This document shows positions 38,126 to 47,533 of a stretch of DNA of 64,000 nucleotides, one piece after another. The first letter of the stretch is position 1. Every line of letters starts with the position of its first letter. A program made the translations under genes and the position numbers. Origin of the DNA: Minisyncoccota bacterium (lineage in GTDB: Bacteria; Patescibacteriota; Minisyncoccia; Phycocordibacterales; Phycocordibacteraceae). Under the pieces are notes generated by a model. That model saw only the letters and a list, made by a program, of their open reading frames with translations, had not been told where the DNA came from and made no database searches. The stretch spans positions 112,991 to 176,990 of the forward strand of contig DASPLI010000001.1 in the NCBI GenBank assembly GCA_035627655.1, written 5' to 3'.

Positions 38126-39787
38126 CTACATCTTCTTCGGGGTGGGGATGGCAAGGAGGCGCAGTCCGTTTGCCATAGTTGCAGCAAACGCTTCCGCAAT
38201 CAGAAGCTTGTACGCTTCGTGTTCTCCTCCAATGATTCGTTCTTGCGCGTAAAATGAATTCCATTCGCTGGCAAGAAGAGTTAGGTACTGAGCGACGTGG
38301 TGCGGTGCGCGTTCCCGCTCTGCGCGCGCGGCAACTTCTGGAAAACGAGTAATCAACCGCTCAAGCGTGTAAGGTTCGCTTGGCACATCCTGCACGCTGC
38401 CGCCCTTCCCTGCCTGCGCAAGCACCGAGCGTGCGCGCACAAGCGCGTACTGCAAATACGGTCCGGATTCTCCTTCAAGCGACAGTGATTTTTCTGGATC
38501 GAAGATCACGTTGGAGCCAGCTGCCTGCCGAAGAATCATGTACTTAATGGCGCCCACAGCCACTTCAGCAGCAATCATTGGATCGTCGTTCTTTTCTTTC
38601 GCCTGCTCAATGACGCCGGCAAGGAGTCCGCTTGCGGTAATGGTATTCCCGAGTCGAGAAGACATCTTTCCAGTCGTGAGCGTGAGGAGGCCATGCGAAA
38701 TATGCGACGTCTTTGCCGCAAGCGTAGGCGCAATCTCGGAAAGAGCGGCAAGGAATACTTTGAAATGTCCGATCTGCTCACTCCCGGTTTCAATAATGAC
38801 CTCATCGCTTTCAAAGCGCTGCTCCTTATAAAACGCAAGTCCAAGGTCCTTTGCTTCATAGGTCGGCGTGCCGCGGGACGTTATGAAAACCAACGTATGG
38901 AGTCCCTTCTCTTCCCCCGGATAGATAATGGCACCATCGCTTTCCCGGAAGATGCCTTTCTGCAATCCGTCGTTCACTATCTCAATACCAATCGGCGTGA
39001 CTTCGCTTTCAAAGAAATAGTAATCGAATTTCGTATCCAGAAGTCCGTAGATTTCGCGGAACGCCTCAAGACACACCTCTCGACACTTGCGCCAGAGATC
39101 CATCAATGCCTGATCCTCGCCTTTGTAGATTTCCTGGTTGAGTGCATCAATTTCGACTTTGGCCGTCTCACTCTCTTCATACGCGCGCGAACCATGCGCA
39201 TACGCCTTATCTACCTCCGCCGCATTCGCAACGTCAGTGACATTATCTTTGCGAAGCGCCCAGAGTGCTTTTGCCACATGCGGACCCACGTCCCCGCCAT
39301 ATGAGTCGCGAATAACAGCCGCGCCCGCATTTTCCGTCAGGCGCGCAACCGACTCACCGATGATCGTGCTCATCAGGTGACCAATATGCATTTCTTTAAA
39401 TGGATTCGGGCACGAATATTCAATGGCAACGCGCTTCCCTTCTTTTGCGCTTCCCACGCCCCAGTCTTCGTCTCGCGCAACAACCAAGGTTTTTGTGATC
39501 TCTTCGCGCGGAAGCGTCATATTGATGAATCCCGGTCCTGCTACCGCAATCTCCCACCCAAGCGAGTCTCGCAAAGAGGCAGCGAGCTCTTCCGCTAGTT
39601 CTTTTGGATTGCGTGCGAGCTGTTTTGCAGCAGCAAGTGCAGCGTTCGTTGCAAAGTCTCCGTGAGAGAGCTCAGCGGGCCACTCTACCGCAAAGGAAAC
39701 GTCAGACGCGCCAGCACCTGCGAGCGCCTCTTCGACGGCCTTCCGGATAGTTGCTTCCATAGAGTCTGAGTGTAGCAAATGACGCAC
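38126..39787 (-). CDS. argS: Arginyl-tRNA synthetase
   Basis: 553 aa. HIGH region ...PNPFKEMHIGHLMSTIIGES..., the Add-1 N-terminal domain, the DALR anticodon-binding region, and a C-terminal Met as in ArgRS. Confidence 0.9.
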   Translation of the reverse strand: MRHLLHSDSMEATIRKAVEEALAGAGASDVSFAVEWPAELSHGDFATNAALAAAKQLARNPKELAEELAASLRDSLGWEIAVAGPGFINMTLPREEITKTLVVARDEDWGVGSAKEGKRVAIEYSCPNPFKEMHIGHLMSTIIGESVARLTENAGAAVIRDSYGGDVGPHVAKALWALRKDNVTDVANAAEVDKAYAHGSRAYEESETAKVEIDALNQEIYKGEDQALMDLWRKCREVCLEAFREIYGLLDTKFDYYFFESEVTPIGIEIVNDGLQKGIFRESDGAIIYPGEEKGLHTLVFITSRGTPTYEAKDLGLAFYKEQRFESDEVIIETGSEQIGHFKVFLAALSEIAPTLAAKTSHISHGLLTLTTGKMSSRLGNTITASGLLAGVIEQAKEKNDDPMIAAEVAVGAIKYMILRQAAGSNVIFDPEKSLSLEGESGPYLQYALVRARSVLAQAGKGGSVQDVPSEPYTLERLITRFPEVAARAERERAPHHVAQYLTLLASEWNSFYAQERIIGGEHEAYKLLIAEAFAATMANGLRLLAIPTPKKM

Positions 39788-41080
39788 TTAGGCGAATGAT
39801 TCCGGAACCGGATGCGCAAGCGCAAGTGTACGCACCTCTTCCCGCATGGAAGCCGGATCTTTAGTACGCAATGCCTCAACAATGAGCTCCGCCACCCGGG
39901 CACTCTCCTTCTCTTTAAAGCCGCGCGTCGTAATCGCCGGCGTGCCAAGTCGAATACCCGATGGATCAAATGCCTTCCGCTCGTCGTTAGGAATCGTATT
40001 TTTATTCAGCGTAATGCCTGCTGCATCGAGCAACGTCTCGGCCTCGCCGCCAGAAAGTCCAAGCGAGCTCTGCACATCAAGAAGCAAGAGATGGTTATCA
40101 GTACCGCCGGCAATCATGCGAATGCCACTTGCGCGGAAAACGTCTTCCATCGCCTTTGCGTTCTTCACGACTTGCGCAGCATAGTCTTTAAAGGAAGGAT
40201 CAAGCGCTTCTTTAAAGCACACTGCCTTCGCTGCGATTTGATGCATATGCGGACCGCCCTGAAGGCCTGGAAAAACGGAGCGATCAATCAACGTCGGCAG
40301 GTTTTCGATCGTCTTCTCCGGCGCCTTAAGGGGGCTTGAGACAATTCCCTTCGAAAGGATCATGCCGCCGCGCGGACCTCGGAGCGTCTTGTGCGTGGTG
40401 GTCGTCATGATATGGAATCCATGTTCAAGCGGATTTTCTGCCACGCCGCCGGCAATAAGGCCTGCTGTGTGTGCAACATCCGCCATCGCCACCGCACCAA
40501 CCTCGCGCGCAATGTCCGCAATCTTCTTCCAATCTAGTTCACGCGGATACGCGGAAAAACCCGCGAGTATAAGCTTTGGCTTCTCCTGCTGTGCGAGCGC
40601 CCGCAGCGCTTCATAATCGATCGCTCCCGTATCAACATCGCTCATGCCATAGCGGACGAAGCGGAAGAGTTTTGCCATGTAGGTTACCGGAGCACCATGA
40701 GTCAGGTGTCCGCCGTGCGAGAGATCCATACCAAGAACCGTGTCCCCCGGCTCAAGCCAGGAAAAGTACGCTGCGATATTCGCTGCCGCTCCACCAAGCG
40801 GCTGGACGTTTGCATGGTCGGCGCCAAACAATTCCTTGGCGCGTGAAATCGCGAACGTTTCAACCTGATCGGTGTACTCCTGGCCGCCGTAGTAACGCTT
40901 CCCCGGGTATCCTTCCGAGTACTTGTTCGTCATCACACTCCCCATCGCCTCGCGGACTGCACGCGAGACGTAGTTTTCAGACGGGATAAGCTCAAGACCC
41001 TCGCGTTCGCGCGTCTCCTCCCCCATAAGAGTCTCGTATACGTCCGGGTCTTCTCCCTTCAGGTGAGCATAGGGGTCCAT
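39788..41080 (-). CDS. glyA: Serine hydroxymethyltransferase
   Basis: Start at MDPYAHLKGEDPDVYETLMGEETREREGLELIPSENYVSRAVREAMGSVMTNKYSEGYPGKRYYGG... The PLP lysine region ...TTTTHKTLRGPRGGMI... is present. The ORF-track's 170-aa upstream extension (to 41557) has no homology and overlaps the divergent gene, so it is rejected. Confidence 0.9.
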   Translation of the reverse strand: MDPYAHLKGEDPDVYETLMGEETREREGLELIPSENYVSRAVREAMGSVMTNKYSEGYPGKRYYGGQEYTDQVETFAISRAKELFGADHANVQPLGGAAANIAAYFSWLEPGDTVLGMDLSHGGHLTHGAPVTYMAKLFRFVRYGMSDVDTGAIDYEALRALAQQEKPKLILAGFSAYPRELDWKKIADIAREVGAVAMADVAHTAGLIAGGVAENPLEHGFHIMTTTTHKTLRGPRGGMILSKGIVSSPLKAPEKTIENLPTLIDRSVFPGLQGGPHMHQIAAKAVCFKEALDPSFKDYAAQVVKNAKAMEDVFRASGIRMIAGGTDNHLLLLDVQSSLGLSGGEAETLLDAAGITLNKNTIPNDERKAFDPSGIRLGTPAITTRGFKEKESARVAELIVEALRTKDPASMREEVRTLALAHPVPESFA

Positions 41081-41125
41081 AGTGTGCTCATCATACTCAT
41101 CAAACCTATAGAAAGAAAAGGTTAT

Positions 41126-42130
41126 ATGCTGGAATCTATGCACGAACCCCTGAAGCCCGTACGGAAGATTGGACCCCTCTTCGTATCTGAACGCTTCAAA
41201 GACATGAAGGATCCCTGCATCTGTTTTGATGGCACCACGTGGCACATCTTCGGTTCCGGCGGAGACACCCGTCCGGAAGTGTGGCAAATCCTTCATGCAA
41301 CCGCGCCGCATATAGAAGGACCGTGGACTGAAGTGGAACCGGCAAAACTGCGCGGAGCAGACGGTCCGCATGTTGCGGCCCCTTCGGTCGTGTTTGATCC
41401 AGAGGATCGCCTCTTTCATATGGCGGTGCAAAAAGATTTCATGTCTATCGGCGGCGACATCACGTACCTTGCGTCTGCAGACGGACATACGTTTACGAAA
41501 ATGCGCACTCTGGTGCGCCCGCGCGGCTCTTCCGAAGCGGGACTCTATGATCCGCAACTCTCGCTCATACGCGGCAAAAAATATCTAGTCTACTCCGGAA
41601 TACCGAAGCGACTCGTGGAAGACGTGCCGATCATTCCGCAGCCGGACGTGTATCTAGCACGCAGCATTACCGATCAGTGGTCAGGTCCGTGGAAACGGAT
41701 CGGAAAGATTCTCGACCACGAAGATATTGCGTGGCACCACAACCGTCGCGAGTTTCCGGATTACGAATGGGGTATCGAAGGTCCGCAGATCGTTGAGCTT
41801 CCCGGCGGACGTATGCTCTTAAACGCAACCTGCTTTATGGAAGAAGGTCCGCGCGGAACGCGGCAGCGCGTATTCTTCGCAGTAGCTGATAACGTCGACG
41901 GGCCGTACCAAAGCCTCGGTCCGGTGCTCACAGATCGAAGCGAGGAATGGGAGAGCGGTGAGAACGGACACGCGAGCGCGTGGGTTGAAGGAGACGAGCT
42001 CTATCTCTTCTATCAGGCGCGCTCCATTACCAACCCTATTCCGGTTGAAAACCGGTGGTACTACGGCATTGCCGTATACCGCGTCAAAGACATTCTTGAG
42101 AAAGCAGAGGCGCCTATTGTCGCCGCTTGA
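41126..42130 (+). CDS. Hypothetical protein, possibly a five-bladed beta-propeller glycoside-hydrolase-like fold (GH43/GH32-like)
   Basis: Start at MLESMHEPLKP (ATG 41126). ...FKDMKDPCICFDGTTWHIFGSGG... and repeated W/G/D-containing segments suggest a beta-propeller. Function uncertain. Confidence 0.4.
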   Translation: MLESMHEPLKPVRKIGPLFVSERFKDMKDPCICFDGTTWHIFGSGGDTRPEVWQILHATAPHIEGPWTEVEPAKLRGADGPHVAAPSVVFDPEDRLFHMAVQKDFMSIGGDITYLASADGHTFTKMRTLVRPRGSSEAGLYDPQLSLIRGKKYLVYSGIPKRLVEDVPIIPQPDVYLARSITDQWSGPWKRIGKILDHEDIAWHHNRREFPDYEWGIEGPQIVELPGGRMLLNATCFMEEGPRGTRQRVFFAVADNVDGPYQSLGPVLTDRSEEWESGENGHASAWVEGDELYLFYQARSITNPIPVENRWYYGIAVYRVKDILEKAEAPIVAA

Positions 42131-42187
42131 CCTCCCCCGCTCCCCACGTAGGATGAGCGAGGAAACCTCAACCACAAGGAGTGTCCT

Positions 42188-43075
42188 TTGCAGGATTTCT
42201 ACAAACCGCTCTCCGAGCGGACACCAGACACTCAGTATCAAGACCGGCTCCGGTTCATTCTCGAGCATGGCGAACTGCTGAGTGAAACGCCACAGGATGT
42301 CGGGGCGATCACCTGCTTCGACACGCTGCCACAAATGGTCTTTGACCTTGCAAACGGCGTGCCGCTCATTACCGAGCGAGACTGCAGCAAGTTCTGGCGC
42401 AAGGCAGTCGCGGAAATCATCGCGTTTATAAACGGCGCGCGCACTATCGACGACATCGAGTCGTACGGGTGTGATTTCTGGAAAGACTACCGAAGGAAAG
42501 GGACGAAGCTCGGGCTTGCGCCTGATGATCTTGGTCCCGGCTCCTACGGCGCGGCTTTCCACGACTTTCCGATGCCAGACGGCGGGACGTTCAATCAATT
42601 CGCAAACGTGATTGAGCAGATCCGCAGCTACCCCAACATGCGGTCGTTTCGGATCCATCCCTGGGTCCCCTACTACGCTGTTCGTGGTCCTGGCCGCAAG
42701 GTCGTTGTGACTCCCTGTCACGGTTGGCTGCACTTCCGGGTGATGAACGGTCGGCTCAACATGGGTATGCGGCAGTATTCCGCTGACATGCCCATCGGCG
42801 TGCCGTCGAACATGATCCAGTACGCGGCGTTGCTCTTGATGATGGCGCAAGTGACCGGCTATCAGCCGGGCAAATTCAGCCACAGCTTCAGCGACGCGCA
42901 TATCTACGAGAATCAGGTGGAGAAGGTTCGCGAACTTATCGAACGCAAACCGCGCCCCTTCCCGATTCTCCGCGTCGACCCGTCGATCACGGATCTCTTC
43001 GCTTTTCGCGTAGAGCACTTCGAAATCGAAGAGTACGATCCGCACAAGGGCATGAAGATTCCCTACGCGCCCTAA
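42188..43075 (+). CDS. thyA: Thymidylate synthase family protein (ThyA-like, divergent)
   Basis: 295 aa. Catalytic ...VTPCHGWLHFRV... (Cys-His), ...RQYSADMPIGVPSNMIQYAALLLMMAQ... (Asn retained as in dUMP-specific enzymes), ...SDAHIYENQ..., C-terminal FEIEEYDPHKGMKIPYAP versus ThyA FEIEGYDPHPGIKAPVAI. The N-terminal phosphate-binding Arg (DRTGTGT) and the folate loop GPVYGxQWR are not conserved (GPGSYGAAFHDF). The antisense ORF 41819-43231 is rejected. Confidence 0.65.
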   Translation: MQDFYKPLSERTPDTQYQDRLRFILEHGELLSETPQDVGAITCFDTLPQMVFDLANGVPLITERDCSKFWRKAVAEIIAFINGARTIDDIESYGCDFWKDYRRKGTKLGLAPDDLGPGSYGAAFHDFPMPDGGTFNQFANVIEQIRSYPNMRSFRIHPWVPYYAVRGPGRKVVVTPCHGWLHFRVMNGRLNMGMRQYSADMPIGVPSNMIQYAALLLMMAQVTGYQPGKFSHSFSDAHIYENQVEKVRELIERKPRPFPILRVDPSITDLFAFRVEHFEIEEYDPHKGMKIPYAP

Positions 43076-43081
43076 GTGCCG

Positions 43082-43114
43082 AAGCGCCCCCATCACTGGG
43101 GGCGCTTTTGTATA
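43082..43114 (+). terminator. Intrinsic terminator after the thyA-like gene
   Basis: AAGCGCCCCCA-TCAC-TGGGGGCGCTT followed by TTTGTAT. Confidence 0.6.
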
Positions 43115-43172
43115 ACCAACTACTGCTGCGTATACTCCATGCATGCCCAAGAAACAGCAGGGGTCCGTATAT

Positions 43173-43625
43173 ATGCCACATGCGCGCACTGAGGCGCAGC
43201 GGGAAAACATGAAGCGTATCCGTAAAGACAAGGTCGATCCGTTTGACTGGAAGCATGTCGAGCGCTACCACACCGAACCGATTCTCAAGAAAGGTCGTTA
43301 CTGGCTCATTACCCCAAACGACTATCCGTACGAAGGTACTTCCCTCCACCTGCTACTTATCTATAAGAAAGACGTGCGTCTCCCGTCTGAAACCGCGCCG
43401 CAAGCTTGGCCTGAGCTTCGGCATCATATCGCGTGGATTGAGAAAACATACAAGGTCAAAGGCGGCAGTCTTCTGATGCGGTTTGGTGATCCTTCGATGA
43501 CTGGCGGCAGTGTGCACCACCTGCATCTCCATGTGATTGTCGGTGGCAAGCGACGAGCTGGAGCAGAAAAGCTCAAGGTAACGGCTGGTTACCAGGCAAA
43601 AAAGAACGTGCGGCGCCCCCGTTAG
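43173..43625 (+). CDS. HIT-family (histidine triad) hydrolase
   Basis: The histidine triad ...GGSVHHLHLHVIVGG... is present. Start ambiguous (43143, 43173 or ~43212); a TTGTAT-17-TATACT promoter-like element lies upstream. Confidence 0.6.
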   Translation: MPHARTEAQRENMKRIRKDKVDPFDWKHVERYHTEPILKKGRYWLITPNDYPYEGTSLHLLLIYKKDVRLPSETAPQAWPELRHHIAWIEKTYKVKGGSLLMRFGDPSMTGGSVHHLHLHVIVGGKRRAGAEKLKVTAGYQAKKNVRRPR

Positions 43626-43640
43626 GGAACACCGCACGTA

Positions 43641-44486
43641 TTACACGACGCGAATCAACTCCACGCCCGCCGCTTCAAGCGTCGAGGCGCTTTCAAGCCT
43701 CGAGTAGCCTTGGCGGAAGAACAGTCGTTTGATTCCTGCCTCCTTGAGACCTTCTGCGCACGGCACGCACGGAAAGTGCGTGACATATGCGTCGGTTCCA
43801 AGAAGCGAGACGCCGGCGCGCGCTGCCTGGGATACCAGACTGCGCTCTGCATGCAAGACGAGCGTATCGTCCGTGCCTTCTCCGCGCGAATACAAGCTAC
43901 GCGGGTCGCCAAGAACATTGACGATGTCGGGGTCCGGCACGGCCTTGTTCCAGGCGGTAAACAACGGGACGCCGTCGCGAGCAACAAGCGCGCCGACCTG
44001 TAGCCACCAATCGTGGCTTCGGTACGTTTGTTCTTCCGCATGGCGCATCAGAATCAGATGTGCCTCATCGGAAGTCACGCATGCGGATTCGGGAACCGGA
44101 TCCACGCGCGCAACGCCCTTGCGGTCATACCGCAGTCGAAGCGAGCCGTCGTACGTCACTGGAACGCCCGGGAAGAATCGCTCCGCAGCAAGGACAGAGA
44201 TGTCCTCGTCTGGCGCGACAATCTCGTCAGGATGGCCTGGGTCATTCGGATCCAGAAGTTTCGAGGACGCAAACAACCCAAGCGCTCCGACGAAGTACCG
44301 AGTAAGATCATCCGGTATGGCACGAATTGCTTTGTCTTTCTTGAGCACATACGCAGCTTCGGGCCCGAGGGCCGAAAGCGCGTCCGCGCCCAGCAGACGG
44401 CAGTGCGTGTCGTTGTACTTGTGCTTCTCGAAGAAGTCCAAGTAGCCGCGATGCAGCACCGGCATATAGAGGAGGAGGAACTTCAT
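43641..44486 (-). CDS. dCMP/cytidine-deaminase-domain protein with an uncharacterised ~150-aa N-terminal domain
   Basis: Start at MKFLLLYMPVLHRGY, preceded by GGAGGAGGG. C-terminal zinc motifs ...VLHAERSLVSQAARAG... (HAE) and ...VTHFPCVPCAEGLKEAG... (PCxxC). The longer ORF-track version (to 44732) is rejected. Confidence 0.6.
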   Translation of the reverse strand: MKFLLLYMPVLHRGYLDFFEKHKYNDTHCRLLGADALSALGPEAAYVLKKDKAIRAIPDDLTRYFVGALGLFASSKLLDPNDPGHPDEIVAPDEDISVLAAERFFPGVPVTYDGSLRLRYDRKGVARVDPVPESACVTSDEAHLILMRHAEEQTYRSHDWWLQVGALVARDGVPLFTAWNKAVPDPDIVNVLGDPRSLYSRGEGTDDTLVLHAERSLVSQAARAGVSLLGTDAYVTHFPCVPCAEGLKEAGIKRLFFRQGYSRLESASTLEAAGVELIRVV

Positions 44487-45073
44487 GCGCCCTCCTCCCC
44501 CACCAGCTCGCGCTCGATTTCGTTGACGGTTGCGCGAATCCGTTCGAGATTCGGCAAGAGCGTCTCCGTCTGCAAGCGTCGGAACTGTGCGCTCGTCGAC
44601 GTGGTGGCTTGCGACTGCAGGTTTTCGATCTTTCCGCAGTACTGCAGCAGTTCGGCCTGTGTCGCTTCGTCGTAGCCAGTCCGTTCCGAAATGACGAGCA
44701 CATCGGGACGAACCAGCTTGATGAGTCCCCACTTTTCGCCGCCACCATCCTTGATCGTGATGATGTCAGCATAGCGAGTGTGAGCGATCATTTCCGCGCG
44801 CTCGAGTTCAGGGATGATCGGACGATACTTCCCCTTGCGCGCGCGGACTTTTGCATCCGAGTCGATGCCGACGATGAGAAAGTCACCCAGCATGCGCGCG
44901 GCATGCAGGTAGCGCATGTGTCCGATGTGCGGCAGATCGAAACTGCCGGACGTCAGCACAAGCTTGGCTTTGAGCGCCTTGAGCGCTTCAACTTTCTGCA
45001 ACAGATCGGCTTCGTCGAGGATGAGTCTGCTTTCCATCGCCGCATCATCGGCGAAGATAGAGCCGCGCTTCAT
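44483..45073 (-). CDS. Cytidylyltransferase-like nucleotidyltransferase (RfaE domain II / heptose-1-phosphate adenylyltransferase-like)
   Basis: 196 aa. ...KLVLTSGSFDLPHIGHMRYLHAARMLGDFLIVGIDSDAKVRARKGKYRPIIPELERAEMIAHTRYADIITI... (HxGH motif). It overlaps the downstream deaminase gene by 4 nt. Confidence 0.6.
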   Translation of the reverse strand: MKRGSIFADDAAMESRLILDEADLLQKVEALKALKAKLVLTSGSFDLPHIGHMRYLHAARMLGDFLIVGIDSDAKVRARKGKYRPIIPELERAEMIAHTRYADIITIKDGGGEKWGLIKLVRPDVLVISERTGYDEATQAELLQYCGKIENLQSQATTSTSAQFRRLQTETLLPNLERIRATVNEIERELVGEEGA

Positions 45074-45208
45074 GAGAGTCTCCTTTCATGTCTAAGAACG
45101 GTCTGCGCGGATGGTAGCACAGGCAGCAACGTCCGCTACTTGCGCATGGAAAAATGCGTGTCGAGATAGGTGTGGTAAGGTCAAACCAGACAACCACGGA
45201 GGTTCTCT

Positions 45209-45709
45209 ATGAGTATCATCACTATGGTAGTCGCCATTGGGGCGACCAATCGCGTCATCGGAAAAGACGGCGGTCTGCCCTGGCCACGAATCAAGCCAGA
45301 CATGGACCACTTCAAGACGCAGACACTCGGGCATCCGGTCCTCATGGGCCGGAAGACTTGGGAATCACTGCCGCAAAAGTTTCGACCGCTTCCTGGACGC
45401 ACCAACATCGTCATCACCCGCGCTACAGACTATGAGGCTGTTGGCGGCATCGTGGCGAACAACCCGAGTCAAGCACTTGCGCTTGCAGAGACCGCGCCTG
45501 GCGGAGACGAGGTTATGGTGATCGGCGGCGCTGAAATATACAACGCGTTCCTGTCGGTCGCTCATCGCCTCATTCTTACCAAGGTCCATGGCGACTGGGA
45601 CGGCGACACGTACCTTGCGCCGTACGAAGAAGATTTCACACGGCAAACGAGTTATCGCGAACTCACCGGCGATCACCCGCGGCTTGAGTTCGTCACACTC
45701 GAACGCTAA
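45209..45709 (+). CDS. folA: Dihydrofolate reductase
   Basis: 166 aa. MSIITMVVAIGATNRVIGKDGGLPWPRIKPDMDHFKTQTLGHPVLMGRKTWESLP... Confidence 0.9.
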   Translation: MSIITMVVAIGATNRVIGKDGGLPWPRIKPDMDHFKTQTLGHPVLMGRKTWESLPQKFRPLPGRTNIVITRATDYEAVGGIVANNPSQALALAETAPGGDEVMVIGGAEIYNAFLSVAHRLILTKVHGDWDGDTYLAPYEEDFTRQTSYRELTGDHPRLEFVTLER

Positions 45710-45715
45710 GCAACA

Positions 45716-45745
45716 AATAGCCGGAGCAGATGCTCCGGCTATTTC
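45716..45745. terminator. Bidirectional intrinsic terminator between folA and the convergent gene
   Basis: Perfect hairpin AATAGCCGGAGCA-GAT-GCTCCGGCTATT with T-rich flanks on both strands. Confidence 0.55.
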
Positions 45746-45747
45746 TG

Positions 45748-46470
45748 TTACTGCGGCTCGAGTCCTTCGAGCATCTCAAAGCAGCGGTCAATGAGTGCCG
45801 GGTCTGCTCCAGCCGGAACAACGAACTTCTCTCGAGCGCGTTTGAGAATATCCTCCCATACCATGCGACTGGCGGCGCGTCGTGCGCTATCCCGTTCGCC
45901 TCCCGGCTCAAGCTCCCAGTGTTCTTTACGAAACCGGTCTCGGTAGGCGTTGAGCGCCTCCTGGGAATCTTTGCTTTTGAGCTCTGTGACTGCCGCCTTC
46001 AATACTGCGCGCAGTTCGTGAAGTGGAAACTCTGGTCGGGTAAGGCCTTCAGTAATGAAAGTGTGAACATCCGCATCATTCGACGTATACACCCGTTCGC
46101 TAATGGAAGCCGCGTTGAGCAGAAACAGCAGTACCTCTTCGATCTTATACTTCCCCGCCTCATGAATGAAGCGCATATGGTCGAGCGTTATCGGCACCAT
46201 ATATTCCCGATCCTCTTTGGGAATGTATGCATCGTGTGCGCGTCGTGCGCGTTCAAGCATGTGTTCTGCCCGCTCGTCAGAGAGTTCTTCGGTCAGATAC
46301 TGGCCAACAAGATTGACATAGTCGTCTTGCGAAAGAAGTGCGTTTAGAACCAACGTGTCGGCCATGTAATCAGCTTGTGGAAACCGCAGCATGCCGTAGA
46401 GCTCCTGCTGGAGCACTAAGTCCATGCCGGTGAGTGGCGGCTGTTCCCCTCCTCCTTCAAGATGCTTCAT
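45748..46470 (-). CDS. Hypothetical protein
   Basis: ATG start at MKHLEGGGEQ (the ORF-track start at 46488 is TTG). No family recognised. Confidence 0.45.
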   Translation of the reverse strand: MKHLEGGGEQPPLTGMDLVLQQELYGMLRFPQADYMADTLVLNALLSQDDYVNLVGQYLTEELSDERAEHMLERARRAHDAYIPKEDREYMVPITLDHMRFIHEAGKYKIEEVLLFLLNAASISERVYTSNDADVHTFITEGLTRPEFPLHELRAVLKAAVTELKSKDSQEALNAYRDRFRKEHWELEPGGERDSARRAASRMVWEDILKRAREKFVVPAGADPALIDRCFEMLEGLEPQ

Positions 46471-46516
46471 ATAGTCCGATAGTAGCAAGAAACCGGCTTT
46501 CGCCGGTTTCTGTGTG

Positions 46517-46936
46517 TTACTTCACATCGACACCCATGGAGCGGGCCGTACCTTCGATGATGCGCTCAGCCGCTTCCTGGCTGCCAGCATTCAAGTCCGG
46601 CATCTTCTGCTTTGCGATCTCAGAGACCTGCGCCTTCGTGAGGACACCTGCCTTCTTCGACGGCGTCTTGCCAGAACCCTTCTCGATGCCGAGCATCTTG
46701 AGGATAAGGCGAGATGCCGGCGGAGTCTTAAGGACGAACGAGAAGGTGCGATCTTCGTAGACGGTGAGGTCTACCGGGATGATGTCCCCCATCTTGTCGC
46801 GGGTCGCCTCGTTGAACTTGTTTACGAAGTCACCAATGTTGACGCCTGCAGGACCAAGCACGGTACCAACCGGCGGCGCAGGGGTTGCCTTGCCTGCCGG
46901 GATCTGGAGCTTAATTTTCTTTACAACTTTTGCCAT
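46517..46936 (-). CDS. rplK: 50S ribosomal protein L11
   Basis: 139 aa. [45 protein letters not shown]... Confidence 0.9.
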   Translation of the reverse strand: MAKVVKKIKLQIPAGKATPAPPVGTVLGPAGVNIGDFVNKFNEATRDKMGDIIPVDLTVYEDRTFSFVLKTPPASRLILKMLGIEKGSGKTPSKKAGVLTKAQVSEIAKQKMPDLNAGSQEAAERIIEGTARSMGVDVK

Positions 46937-46958
46937 AGGAATGTCTTAGGACTCTAAA

Positions 46959-47528
46959 TTACAGCTTGCGAATCTGCAAGAAATCGAGCTCCACGGGCGT
47001 CTCCCGTCCGAACATCGATACCAGCACCTTCACCTTGCCACGTTCTTCATCAATTTCGCCCACCTTGCCCTCAAGGTCCTTGAATGGTCCGTCGTTGATG
47101 ACGACCGGATCATCCTTCATAAGGTCAATGCGGTGCTTCGGTGCTTCTGCATCCATGCGCTTCATCAGGGTCGCAACCTCTGCCTCTTCCATCGGAACAG
47201 GTGTGGTGCCGGAACCCACGAAGCCGGTGACGCGCGGCGTGTTGCGCACAACGAACCACGAATCCTCATCCACGATCATCTTTACGAGGATGTAGCCCGG
47301 ATAAATCTTCTCCTCTTCAACGATGCGCTTGCCGCCCTTTACGCGAACTTTCTTCTCAGTCGGAACGACGACTTCGAAAATCTTGTTCTGCATGCCCAGG
47401 GACTCAATACGCTGCTTGAGGTTGCGTTCGACGGCATTCTCATAGCCGGCGTACGTGTGAATGGTGTACCAACGCGGCTCTGCAGACGCTGCGTTTTCAT
47501 CAAACTGCGGTGCGGTGCGTGTATCCAT
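46959..47528 (-). CDS. nusG: Transcription termination/antitermination factor NusG
   Basis: 189 aa. ...RWYTIHTYAGYENAVERNL... (NGN domain) and a C-terminal KOW ...GPFKDLEGKVGEIDEERGKVKVLVSMFGRETPVELDFLQI. Confidence 0.9.
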   Translation of the reverse strand: MDTRTAPQFDENAASAEPRWYTIHTYAGYENAVERNLKQRIESLGMQNKIFEVVVPTEKKVRVKGGKRIVEEEKIYPGYILVKMIVDEDSWFVVRNTPRVTGFVGSGTTPVPMEEAEVATLMKRMDAEAPKHRIDLMKDDPVVINDGPFKDLEGKVGEIDEERGKVKVLVSMFGRETPVELDFLQIRKL

Positions 47529-47533
47529 ACGAA

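Noticed and set aside
39788-41557. Long (589 aa) form of the glyA ORF
   Set aside because: The N-terminal 170 aa have no SHMT homology and overlap the divergent gene at 41126. SHMT homology starts at MDPYAHLK (41080).
42188-43075. Interpreting the ThyA-like enzyme as a dUMP/dCMP hydroxymethylase (DNA hypermodification)
   Set aside because: The substrate-specificity Asn is retained and a DHFR gene is adjacent, as expected for a dTMP cycle. It is kept as a lower-interest finding only.
41819-43231. 470-aa minus-strand ORF overlapping the thyA-like gene
   Set aside because: Antisense to a well-supported ThyA-family CDS. Its translation is Arg/Ala-rich with no motifs, which is a typical GC-rich antisense artefact.
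44013-44772. Overlapping ORFs on both strands within the deaminase and cytidylyltransferase genes (43729-44445 +, 44013-44675 +, 44308-44772 -)
   Set aside because: They overlap better-supported CDSs and have Arg/Ser-rich, motif-free translations.
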